This document shows, piece after piece, positions 12,561 through 24,968 of a stretch of DNA of 64,000 nt (positions are counted from its first letter, which is position 1; each line of letters opens with the position of its first letter). The stretch comes from Takakia lepidozioides (lineage: Eukaryota > Plantae > Bryophyta). The DNA lies in the NCBI GenBank assembly GCA_030704615.1, contig CM060731.1, forward strand, positions 36,332,001-36,396,000. Direction: 5' to 3'. The notes under the pieces are model-generated. The model had not been told where the DNA came from, searched no databases, and saw only the letters and a program-made list of their open reading frames with translations. Both the position numbers and the translations under genes were made by a program.

Positions 12561-14467
12561 ATTTATACTTTATTGGATGTTCTTGGTATTGGTTCACCTT
12601 ATGCACATCTTTGATCTTTTGTGTAGTGACCTGTCGGCACCTCTGCACCCTCATCTTTTTTACAATACATTTTCATTTTCTCTCTGTTGCTTGAGAAGAC
12701 ATCTCAGATGGGGTGGCGTTGCCCCCTCCATATAACAAGTTTCCAGCTGTGTCTCTATCCTGTAAGTTGGTGCTTGAGAATGCTATTGGGCCTCTTCCCT
12801 TGATAATTTCTTACAGCCTTGACTATGCTGGTGTAATGAGTGTTCTTACAATGTACTAGAGCTTCAGATGGATCAACAGCCTCTAGGAATTTCAGTCTTT
12901 ACCATCACTGCAGTAATTTGGAGGATAACATGTACAGTGCATATGAGCTAAACTGGAGATGCCTGGTTGTGTCACTACTCTCATCCTGTAAAGAACTCGT
13001 AAACTTTCCAGATGACAATGCGATGGAAACATTCTTTCCTGTGATGTCATGGATTGCTCTTATGGCGTTGGATGTTTTTGTGAGGGTTTGGTTATCCTGG
13101 ATTCACAACGATTGATATGTATTGATTTGAGGAAATTGTCACAGGTGGAGGGTCCTAGGTCAGCAGCAGAGCTAATGCACATACTACAGACAGTGGTCAA
13201 GGAGCAAGGTGCAGCACTGGTAGCCACCAATGTCGAGGAAAGAGGAGCAGCCAGCCTCTATGTGCAAGAGGAGGATTCTTATGAGGGCACCACCTAATCA
13301 AATTGATCTATACAATTGTACTTTTCAAAGAACTTGATTGACTCGTCTGAGTATTTTCCCTTGGCAAATCTCAAGCTTTGTTTTGAATGAAGTACTCTAT
13401 GTATATTATAGAATGCTCTCTGTGTTCATCATACATCTCCAGGCCTCATCCTGCAAAATGTTGAGCCTTCTAGTGCTTCCTCGAAAGATTCCACCAATCG
13501 GTGGCTGCAACTCCCAGTTTCTCCACTAGAAATACTACACAGTAGAACAATGATGTCGATCTACAGATTCCTTCACAACAATCTTCGGAACCCATTGTGC
13601 GAAGCTTCCTCGGATGTTCTAAACATGCAGAATGAAAATTAAATGCGGAGTGTAGCACCGGATGATCCACCGGAAGACGCATGCTGTGGAAGCAACACAA
13701 ATTACAGGCTACACAAGATATGGTCCCGTATAGATTTCTCCTATTCTGCAAGATAGATTTAGAGCTTCTGTAGATTTCAAGTCTTCTACTAGCGCCTAGC
13801 TATCGAATTTTCTCTTTCTTAGCCTATGTGTGGGCCTCCTACATCGTAGTGTATGGTGAGTCTCTCGCTCTCTCTGTCTCTCTCTGTTTGACGCTCTTTA
13901 GTGAGAAACATACCAAGACCTACATCCTCTTCTGACGTTTGATCATCTATTAACCTGTTTTTTAGTCACAAATCCTTCGAGGAGGGGGGTTTCATGTATG
14001 CGATGGGTTCATACTCTGAGGAAGAGGTGTAAAGTGCAGGAGGATTGGGAATTTATGGAGCATGGACGTGGAGGAAACTCCGGAGGGCTGAGGACGAGTT
14101 GATGCGTTTGCAGCGAGAGCTTGTGAAGATGGTGCAAGAGGATGCAACCAGCCAGGCGGTAAGAGAGAGCCAGGAATCAGTTTTGGGTCAATGATTTTCC
14201 AGGTGCAATGTTGCTGGTTCACTTCAATGACAGATACTTGAGATAGTCCATCAGCCCTATTTTGATTATTTAGTCAGTGAGGGCTCAAGTACTTGTACTC
14301 AGCCCAAGGTTTAAGCATTCGGAAGGAAGGAGGGCGATTGGAGGTGAATCCCTACTTGTGCAACATTTCAGAGTGAGCAAACTCAGTGGGGCGGGAAGGA
14401 GACAGTGCGTGGAACAGTGTCGATTGCAGACGTTGGAGGGATAGAGATTGATCAACGGTATTTAAGA

Positions 14468-14998
14468 ATGCCGAGGCAAGGCCGGGACAGACGAATTTGG
14501 TGCCGATGTATGCAGTGCAGACAAACTGCACAGGGAGAAAGACTAGTTAGCCACAACACAGCTGCTGCTCATGCATGGAGGGATGACATTTTTGACTTAG
14601 ATGAACGAATCGATCGCCCCAGCTCACAAGATGTAGAGGCACAAGAGTTGTCTTCTCAAGGGACAACATTAGGTGATGATGAAGAATTGGTAGACAATGT
14701 TCAAGTTGTGGAGGAGGCTCAAATTGAGCATTTGGAGGACAATGTTGGTACCCCGATGACATTGGCTTCTGCCTTGTTGACCCGGCTCATAGCAGTGCAA
14801 GGGGTATGGGACAGCAGTGGCATGTCCATCGAACTACAGGGCTTTATGCTCAAAGAGTTGTTTGGGGGGCTCAACATCAGGCGTGAGACTCCACTTGGGG
14901 AGCAGACTTTGGGGAAGTTGCTTAAACAAATGCCTGCAGATTGGAACAGAGACTTGGATGGGATCCAAGCACCCTCATCGTGGGACAAGTTGTTGTAA
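14468..14998 (+). pseudogene. N-terminal part of a CACTA/EnSpm-like transposase
   Basis: MPRQGRDRRIWCRCMQC...HAWRD (Cys/His N-terminal motif), an acidic linker, then ...APSSWDKLL ending abruptly at the junction with the minus-strand core. Confidence 0.55.
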
Positions 14999-17710
14999 GC
15001 TCGTCCCTGAGGTGCCTGATTTATTGCCATGAACTTGTGCAGGATGCAATCTATTGGTCGAATGCAAGAGGAGTCAAATGGAAACATCCTGGCTTTAAGA
15101 ATGACGTTCATCCCAGTCACTTCATCAACAAGGTCGACAAGTGCACGGTTGGGTCCTTGCACAGCCTGCAAATGCAAGTAATAGTCAGCAGCAAAGTAGA
15201 CTGAAACCTCACTCCTAAAGTCATGACTGAGAATCGTTCTGATTTTCGCTTTGAAGGGTGTTCCATGAACATCATCTGGCTTAACAACTACATCACTGCC
15301 CACTTTGTACAAGACACCCCGGAGCATGATGGAGTTGAATTTGCGGATTGCGGATGTCCATTCCTCTTCCCTCCAAGAATCTCCTTGTTGCTCCGTGATA
15401 TGCATGCGCAAATACTCATCAATTTCAGGGGACGCAATTTCACCCGCAACAGCATTTTTCCCTATTAGAATCCCCTTGAGATGCACCATTGTAGCACAAG
15501 CGCTATGAGTCGTGTTCCTTAGTAGTTTTGTGACTTCCTTTGCCCTTTCGATGGAAGGTACCCTCATGGCACACCTGTTGTGCCACGGAGGACGCCGAAA
15601 CCGGCCTTCAATCTCCCAATCAACTCCTGTTCATCAAAGGAAAAACTATGTGAGAAAAATTTCGGACAAGATGCGGAAACCAAGTGAAGTTGGGCAGTCA
15701 ACAAGCTCTAGACACCCTCAATTTGGGTACAAAAACAATTAACATGTGCAATTACCTGTGGGACAAACAAGATGTTTGTGTATTAGTAAAATGGCTCGCT
15801 GGTCCATCTGGGAGCCATCCTTCTCCTCGCCAACCCGATCCATCACACTGCTGAAAAGCCTCCGTGAATAGTACTGAATGAAGGTGGTCTCCATGAACTT
15901 TTGGTTCGTCTTTATTCTTCCATAGCGCGAGACTTCGCGCTCAAAAGCAAAGCACCAGTACACATCATTGGGCCCAAACCTAAGAACATCTTCTAGAATA
16001 TGTGCAGCACCTGCAACATGTTCTAAAGGAGCACCATTGGGTCCATCCAGCTCCTCCGAGTGCACTCGCCATGCTTGGAGGAGGACACGTACAGCATCAA
16101 GGTCCTCTACCATCCATCCCTTTCTCCTTGTCCAATTAAAAAAATAATGAGAAATATCCACAAGAATGAACCCAATTGTCCACCTGCTCTGAGATATTCG
16201 TCCGTGCAGCAAATTAAGGACGTGCGGCAACATCCATTGAACGAAATGCTGATTTTCTTCAGCCATGTATGCAGAATGCCTCTCTACAGGATTAGTCGGC
16301 CACCTGCCTTGCTTGAGTTCGTACGGTCGTGTGCTGGTGACGCATTTGCATATACGTGTGATCTCTACTAATAGCGCAGAGGCATCTTGGAGGCCAACCA
16401 CTTCAGAGAATAGCTTGGAGATGAAGTGTTTGAAGAGGTTCAAACCTGCAATATGCATCATATCGTAAACTAGATCTTGAGAGATGTCAAACGCATAGAG
16501 GTGGTACAACCGCCAAAGAGGTGACTCTCCTGAAACACCACTCTCACGTCCAAGCTGTTCTCGAACAACATTTGTGGATGCACGTTTCCACTTTCAAACA
16601 CCCTCAAACAATTCCTGAACAGATCGTCGTCGAGGGACATCATGAACTTGCAGACGGTTATGATCATACACGTACTGACCACCCACCAAAGTAGAATGCA
16701 TTATGCACCTCCTGCAGCCCCCTTTACCAGATGCCTTCAACATTCCAATCTTGCATTGGGCAGGATGGTCTCCCATGAACAACATCAACATGGCCCTTAT
16801 AACTACGGGCCCTTCCTCCGTTGACAGATGTCTGCTAATCAAGCGTGGAGGATATCGGAAATGGGTTTGAAATCCATCTACAAACATCTGCTCCAATTCC
16901 TCCATGAAAGGTTGTAAAAAGGAGGCCCTTGAATCCTTCACCCTGTCCAAAATAGCCTCTTGACATGTGTTGAAGGGAATGAACAACACGGGCAACAAAC
17001 TAATGGAACTTCCCTTGCCTGCGTTCAAGATATTTACTTCTAGTACCCAACAATTTCTTGAATTGCGTCTTGTTGTCAAAAAGCCATCCCAATGGGCTCC
17101 CAAAGCGATGTACCTTGGGTCACCCTTGCACATTTTCTTTGGTGCTACAATGCTGCCTTGACACCGCCAACATTCAAAGTCATACACCGCTCTTACATCG
17201 TCCCAACCACGCCTCAAGTATTCAGACCTGCTTGGAAATGCATTGTACACCATTCTACAAGCTGGATTAGGGCACTGTGTCGGTAACTCCCACTCCTGCT
17301 CTGGGTTCCAAAATTTTTGATAAACCCTCATTTTTTCACCATCCCAGAACTCTTCCAACCGAGCAGGGGCGTCTGTCGCATCCCTGCCCATCCAACGATC
17401 ACGATTCCTCCAGAGGGTCAAGATCTCTCTGCAATATGTTTTCGAGTGCATGATAAGGTCCAGTTGCTCCGCAATTGGGAGGTAATCAAAGGCAACCATG
17501 TCCTTCCTCAAAGTCCCACAATCTGCACATCGCTCGGCACACTCCAAACAATCGCGTTTGTTCTTTGGTGGATTGCACCCACAACTTTGTATATTGCATA
17601 TGAGTTGCAAGATAACGAACGTCGCACACGTTTGCTTACACAATGCCGAACTTTTCTTGAGGGTGGACTTTGAGGTACACAAACAAACCAATCATTCCGA
17701 TGTTTGTACT
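14999..17710 (-). pseudogene. CACTA/EnSpm-like transposase core and C-terminus (frameshifted, one GT-AG intron at 15627-15755)
   Basis: Motifs FDYLPI, EFWDG, LGAHWDGF, FMGDHPAQCK...CRRC, YDMMH and YWCFAFER, followed by a BAH-like segment YKVGSDVVVKPD...FKAKI...YFAADYY...LHKFM. Confidence 0.8.
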
Positions 17711-19719
17711 CGTTTCATGAGATTCTATCCAAAGATCATTTGGACGGGCAACCAATCATTGACAGTTCGTGGGAATGGTAGCTTCCATCTTGAACGGAAG
17801 GGCAATGTGTTTTCCATATTTCATGTTGCCCTGTGTGTCTTCATATTTGGTGTCTTCATACCTTTCTGTGGTGATGTAGAGGATTTATATTTTCTCTTGT
17901 GGTTGGGATTGCATGATAGGCACAAAAAGACAGCTTTGAATGTAGTGTGCTTGGATGTGCAGTCCTTTGGGTGGGCTCTTTCCAACAAGCAATGGCATGC
18001 ATGTGTCAACAACATTCCACATCTATTTCAAGGTGAGTAGCTTCAAAGGTTCTAGCTCTCCCTTTGTGTCACAATGTGCTCTGCCTCAGCACATCCCATA
18101 TCACAGTCGCATATCTGTGTGAGAGTGGGAGCTAGAGGAGCATTGCATGAATCCCTTGTGTACAACCTTGATGTCTATACAAGCCCTTACATGAACTCTT
18201 AGTTCCCTGTTACAGGATGTCATCCTTTGAAAAGAACAGCTCAAAGACTACGGGGAGTTGTGGCTGGACGTTGTGTGCACATTCAGTTTGTGAATTTCTT
18301 TGATCATAACAACCACAACTTTTTGAGAGGGGCCAGAACTGGGTGTGTCAAACAGTAGCAGCAGAGGATCTGGGGAAAGAAGAGGTGGATGCCGAGATTG
18401 TGGCTGCTGTAAGTTCTCTCATTTTGTCCACATCGTTGGCATTTACTGTGACTTGGATGAAGTGAGTGAGGTTAGTCCTGCAAACCTCAGTGGGAAAACA
18501 TGATGACTGTGACTTTACATACAGGCATGTGTGGAAAAACAGTGAATGATACTAATGAAAGCTCCCACATCACTGGTGACAGCAGCAGTGGGAGTAGCAG
18601 TGGCGCTTGGCCTGTACTGGATGAAAGAAATGTGGAAGAGACAGTTCGGAATCAACATCCTTCTCTCCCCAGTGTCGTGGTGAAGGAATCTAGTTCTGGT
18701 ATTGGAGCTCCCGCTGTGGTTGTTACGTGCCCCAAGCTTTACAAGCGTGTTAAACCCAAATTTTTTGGTAAGCTAGAAGGATAGGCATCCCCCTTCTCAT
18801 TAGTGCATGTACAGGACCATTGTTTATAACTCTTCGTCTGCCATGGGTTGAGAATGTTGGGATGCTGTCGATGGGTGCTTCATCTCCATGTGAACGAGAG
18901 AATGTACCCATAAGCTGTTGTTTGTGTGAGGGAGGGAGGAGGGAGGGGGAGCAAGGGCGAGAGAGGGCGAGAGAGGGAGCGAGTTCTTGAAGAGGTGGAA
19001 AAGAGACCCAATTAATGTGTTAACAAAGGAGAGTACCATTACTTTGCCTATTCTGTTGGTGCAGGCCCTGCAAGACGAGTATTGAGGGAAAATAAGGTTG
19101 CAACCAGCCAAGGGTCAGAAGTGTTAGTGGACAACAACAAGATGAATCATGAGAGCTTCCAAGGCTCTTTGGCCTGCAACATAAATGAAGATGGTAATGG
19201 TAACGGTGATTTTTCAGTTGATCTTAGGAAGCGAAAAGCTGAGGGGGAGCCTTCCGGTGGGGATATCTCTCTGCTTTTAACAGGGGAACCTTCTCCTGAG
19301 AACTCCTCTCTACTTCGGACAGATGATGGTGTGGCAGCTGCCTATTATGCAGTAGTGGTTACTTCACAATACCAAAAACTGTTTATGCTCCTCGTCTGGG
19401 AGAGTACACACTGGTTTCTTTTCATCTTAGAACACTGAAATCCTACATTGTATCCAAAGATGCAGCCATGAGAATTGTGCATGTAATTAGTTCAGGGTTT
19501 CTAGCATTTCCAGCGAAGAACAAGTTTCCTCCGTCAGGTTTTCACGTGGAAATATCAATCAAATTTCCTCATTTCCAGTTTTCAAGTGGAAATGTAGAAC
19601 AATTTTCAAGTTTGCTCATGTGGTATTACCAAATTCCTGCCACAAGTTTATTCTCTAGCAGGGAAATTCGAAATAAGTGCCTCCTACGTATTAAGGGAAA
19701 TGGTCATAACCTCCTTGTG

Positions 19720-21878
19720 CTCAGTGACTCTATTGTGCCAGAACACAATCAAGGAGAGATCAGTTTGAGGAACATTTTCAGTTGTCAAAGTACATATACA
19801 TGTTAATGTCCTCTAGATAGTGTGGGTCTAGCTCGTTTGGGGAAGTTACCTGGATTGACAAATAGAGGCTTAAATCGTTGAGAAGCCATAATGGGCTTGA
19901 TAATGAGCAGTCTTAGTGGGTATCATTCTGAAAGACTAATCCTGCCCTTAAATATGATGTAAATCCTGCCAGTGGCAGCTCACATGCAACTTAAAAATAT
20001 ATGATTCAAGAATTAAATTTGAGAGTGTGTTAATTGGAATCCAGTCAAGATTTTATATGCTGATGCAGAGATGCAGGGTCCTGGAAGGCAGTGATCTTAA
20101 AGGTAGTATGGTCTGGTGGATGTGTAACATGGTCTGGCCCTCTCAAGCACACTTGCTGCAAATTTACCCTCTATTTTTTATCTCCGCTAAGAGGAAATTC
20201 ATGTTTCCCCTTGCTTTCTATTCCACATTTCTTTTGTTTGCACTGATCACAAAAATCTTTGCATGTTATTTTTTGCAGTGTATGGAGGTTGAAGTTGCCC
20301 ATAAGAAAGGGAGCTATCTTACAGAGTTGGAGATGATTCGTAAGCAATTGAAAACAGCGAAATGGTGTTGTAGGCAAATGGACTTCGAGTGGGCGGAACA
20401 AATAACAAACAGGAGCGACAGAGCCAACAAGTTAAACCTAATTCTTGTTTTCATGAGTACATATCCACTAAGTTCTATACCTGAATCTCTCAACCAACTT
20501 AAAGAAATGAGCTGGAAAATGAAACCCTAAATCAGAACCCTAAAATATTCCTGCGAGAGGGAGAGTCAGGCAGGTATGTAAGTAGTCATCTTCCCTCACA
20601 GCCGTTGATACTCTGTTATCTCTTTACAAATTCCAGAGTTTCCTATATGACGAGGAGGAAATGCTTGATTTCTGGAAATCTACTCTAAATTTTCACATTG
20701 AGGAGGAGATGATACTTGCAATAAGCTGGTGACGACTTACAACGAATTAGAAGATTGCATTCCAGTCGATGTGGTCATTCTGTAGAATTTTTTTTTTATA
20801 AAGCTCTAGACACATGTACTGATTACATAGTTGTGCTCTAGCAGAATCATCTGTGGCCGGTTCTGCATACCTTGCAAAATATGATTCGCTGCTGGGATAT
20901 TGCCAATAAAAACAAGGCCATGCTCAACTATCTTAGAGGTGGAGACGCTTCGCAAATGAATTGTGTGTCGTCATCAACGTCTTCCTAAACTGATTATGAT
21001 CTACAAGATGCTATGAGATGAGATTGGGAGTGAATATTTTTGTAGCACTAAGGAATGGGGTCTAACAATGATGTTAATCCAATCATTTCTGTTTAGTTCT
21101 CCAGAGCTGAATTTGTAATTGCATGAAGCAGCTCCTCACCAGAAACCTACAGATTTCAGAAAGCTATAGATTTCATTCCAGTGGATGTGGCCACTTTCTC
21201 TAGACATACGTACTCACATAGTTGTGCTCTGGCAAAATCTGTGGACTGCTTGTGCAGGCATTGTAAGCTCTGATTCTCAACTTGGACACTGAAAAAATGA
21301 AGGGCCCAACTGCACCAGGATCAAATTACATATTCCAACAGGAGATGCGGCACAAAAGAACTTAGAATTGTACGTCATGGACGAAGCCATGGGGACCACA
21401 GCTGCCAAAATCTGAGATGGTTATCTGCACCGAGACCTGCATGCTCAAATACATATGTTTGTCATTCTTTCAATGAGTCAGGAAGAATGGTGGAATTTAA
21501 GCTAATTGAGGGTAAATAGCCCTCACACGCGGGCATTCCAGAGGCAGGTTTTTCATCTAATGTTGTACTGGCAAGTCATGAGGTAGACAGCCTGAAGGCT
21601 TGTGGGTTTGAATATAGTCAGGAAGAACTGTACTGGACAAAGCAAGCTTATTAACTATAGAAGGTAAATAATTAGGCAGGGACCTGAGGTGGATTTTTCT
21701 TCTCATTTTAGGGTTCCTGAGGTGGAGTTTTCTTGTCATTTTGGGGTTCCTGAAGGTAGATAGCCTGCAAGCAGGGGTCACTCTGAGGCTGATTTTTCAT
21801 TATGACTTTCAGCCGGAGTAGGCAGCGGTATAAATAAAGTTTGGGATGTTGTGGCACTGAGAGTGTGGGTAGTTTGGA
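19720..21878 (+). repeat. ~2.1-kb dispersed repeat, copy A (copy B at 54052-57010)
   Basis: Colinear similarity from CTCAGTGACTCTATTGTG to GAGTGTGGG.AGTTTGGA, with indels. Confidence 0.9.
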
Positions 21879-24188
21879 TTCCCTGCAAGAGTATGTATTT
21901 TTCCATGTGACTTTTGTAATGCAAGAGTATATCTTTTACCGATGTACATTTCCCATGCAATTTTCCTTGCAAGATAATGGTTTTCCCGTGCAATTTTCCC
22001 CATGACACTATGTGCTTCATTCCCTGTGATATTTTTGAATGGTCCTTTTTATCATTCCATGGTCCAAAAAGATTCACAGGATTAATGTGTACAGCTTCTC
22101 CTCCTTCTGTATGTGGTAACTCTGGCACACAGTTCAGCTAGCTACCATGAATATTCTTCACAGATGTGAATTTGGGGCATGCCAGTTTCCTGACCTGCTT
22201 TCGGTAAAATCCCTATATCCAACAAATGCTCCTATAGAAATGTTCAAGCCTAATAGACAAGATTCACACAGGTACAAGCCATACCTATCCGCAGCCCCGG
22301 TCCCGGACGTTGTCTACATCCAACTGGTCAATACGTCCGTCTATGGGGGGTGGAAGGTTCACCAAAACTACTTGGTCCTTCAAGGCCCACTTCACCACCT
22401 CATCGAGATACTTGGTCATTTGGTGGAACAATGAGCATTTTACTCCTTTCTTCTTTAGAATTCTCAATCCATGTGCCAAGGCAAAGGTTATAATGCCCGG
22501 CAGAACATCATGAAGATTCTTTAAATCCATGACATGCATGGCTATCACTTTTTTCGCCTGAAAGGAAAGCTCCTTGAAAACCTGTCACAACCACCCCCCA
22601 ATCACCGAGTTCAGGATTCTAAGATCCAACATTAAAACAAGATACTGAAACATTGAAACAGAAGATACAAAGTGCAACAACACCAGTTTACTTGCTGATT
22701 GTGACTGAGTACCGTTTCTTTCACAATCCTTTCTCCATGAATTTCATGAAAACCATCAAACCGCTTTCTCTTGGGAACCCTGGAACTTTTTCGTGTGTTG
22801 GACTTCGGAATGCTGGAATTTTGTACCTCTATCAAATCATTTTTAGTACCTCATATACGAATTCATATTAAAAGATGTCCTGGAAAAAATAACCAGGACA
22901 GGAGGCCATAAGGCTTACATCTATGGATAGATTGGGTATAACCCTGAACAGCCATCCAGGCAAAGCTTGAAACTAACCATGCTAGAACCCTGAGAGATCA
23001 GTAAGCCATGTCTAGAGGTCTAAAAAAGTATGAAGCAGCATCTAATGCTGCAATAACTAAGTACTGCTAGCGAGTTGCTTGAGAACAAAAATGCTACAAC
23101 CTGCCTTTGAGAGGAAGAGCAAGCTTGGCTCAGGAGAACCAAGCTGCTGAAACAAGACAGAAGCTACGATGTATCTAAACAAGAGAAAGACTATTATTAA
23201 AAAACTTATACTAGTACGGATTAAGAACTTATAATATAAAAAATCAAAAGACTTTTACAAACTTACCAAGGCTGGCATTGTTGGTTCAATGCTGAAATCT
23301 TCAATTCCAGCAGCAGGAGTAACACCCTTCTCACACACACTAGACTTCAGAGTGCTGGAATTCTGCACATGTATCAATATACTTCAGTACATCTCATAAT
23401 ACTACAGTTATTAAGAACCTCTAAAAAACCACAAAAAAAAAACCTCTAAAGAACTTATCATGTCTGAAGTGCTACAATCTTCATTTCCGGAAGTGCCTAA
23501 GCAAGTCTTGTCCTCCTTCATAGACCCTACTTTCACCACCACTTTCTAAAAAGGTATGAAGCAGCAGCAAGTGCTGCAATAACTAAGTACTGCTACAGAG
23601 TTGTTTGAGAACAAAAATGCTACAGCCTGCCTTTGAGAGGAAGAGCAGGCCTAGCTCAGGAGAACCAAGCTGCTGAAACAAGACAAAAACTACGATGTAT
23701 CTAAACAAGAGAAAGACTATTATTAAAAAACTTATACTAGTACGGATTAAGAACTTATAATATAAAAATCAAAAGTCTTTTACAAACTTACCAGGGCTGA
23801 CATTGTTGGGTCAATGCTGAAATCTTCAATTCCAACAGCAGGATTAACACCCTTCTCACATACACTAGACTTCAGAGTGCTGGAATTCTGCACAGGTATC
23901 AATATACCTCAATACATCTCATAATACTACAGATTATTAAGAACCTATAAAAAAACCACAAAAAAAAAACCTCTAAAGAACTTACCATGTCTGAAGTGCT
24001 ACAATCTTCATTTCCAGAAGTGCCTGAGCAAGTCTTGTCCTCCTTCGTAGACCCTACTTTCACCACCACTTTCTAAAAAGGTATGAAGCAGCAGTTAATG
24101 CTGCAATAACTAAGCACTACTAGAGAGTTGCTTGAGAACAAAAAGCAGGCCTAGTTCAAGAGAACCAAGCTGCTGAAACAAGACAGAA

Positions 24189-24914
24189 TGTCGCGGCCCT
24201 TTGCCTTGAGGGCAGGGGGTCGGGACACATGAGGGGCTGCCCCTGTGGTGGGGGCATCGGCAGCGATAGGTATGGGGGGCTGAAGCACCCTTGAGTGCCC
24301 AAGGCACTGAAGGAGGCGGAGGCGCTCACTAGGTGGAGCCCCGCACACCGGGTTGCGGTGGGGGTGGCTCCACAAGGGGTGGTGGTAGCTTAGCGGGACT
24401 TAGTGGGGGTGGCATAGGACTCACCATGGGCGCGGAGACCTCGCGGTGGGAGTCGTGGGGAGTCTTGGGACTCGGCACGGTCCATAGGGGCCGTGGTGAG
24501 TGGGCCAAGACTCACCGCGACTCATCACCGGGAGTCGAGGGTTTTCGTGGTGGTTCGCCATAAAATGGCATGGCTGGTTATGAAACCCCCGCAGACAGCT
24601 ACAGAAGTATATATAGGGAGTAGTAACCCCGAGAACGGTGCAAGCCCGTTGGTGACCAAAAACTAGTGAGTAAGCGAGCGAGCCGGAAAGCGACCAAAGA
24701 GTGGGGAGCTGTTCCGGACTGCCATCTATCAAAGGGAATTCCACTAGTCCCAAATAGGTGGAGGGTTTAGTGGGAAGCGAAGGGGGGACCGTTATGTCCC
24801 GGTGAGCAGCCGAAGCTCCAAGTTGGCCCGGCGGCCAGGTTGGGAGTCAGGCGCGCGCATCAAAGCGAGTAACTATGACGAGAAGGGGAGCTTACCGAAG
24901 GGAGGTGCGCGACA
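24189..24914 (+). repeat. Gypsy 5' LTR
   Basis: TGTCGCGGCC...GGTGCGCGACA. I saw 4 substitutions versus the 3' LTR by eye. Confidence 0.96.
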
Positions 24915-24916
24915 CT

Positions 24917-24928
24917 TGGTATCAGAGC
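24917..24928 (+). promoter_or_regulatory. Primer-binding site (tRNA-iMet)
   Basis: TGGTATCAGAGC two bases after the 5' LTR. Confidence 0.93.
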
Positions 24929-24968
24929 TTAGAGTTCAGTACGCGATCGTCCTTGGGATTGGCCTCAT

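Noticed and set aside
5487-19130. CACTA termini for the first transposase element
   Set aside because: Isolated CACTA/TAGTG pentamers occur, but I found no matching TIR pair with a 3-bp TSD.
18500-19806. Short ORFs that might be host-gene fragments
   Set aside because: No recognisable motifs or consistent exon chain.
24110-24753. ORFs within the gypsy LTRs (repeated at 30262-30988)
   Set aside because: GC-rich LTR sequence gives chance ORFs; no domain evidence.
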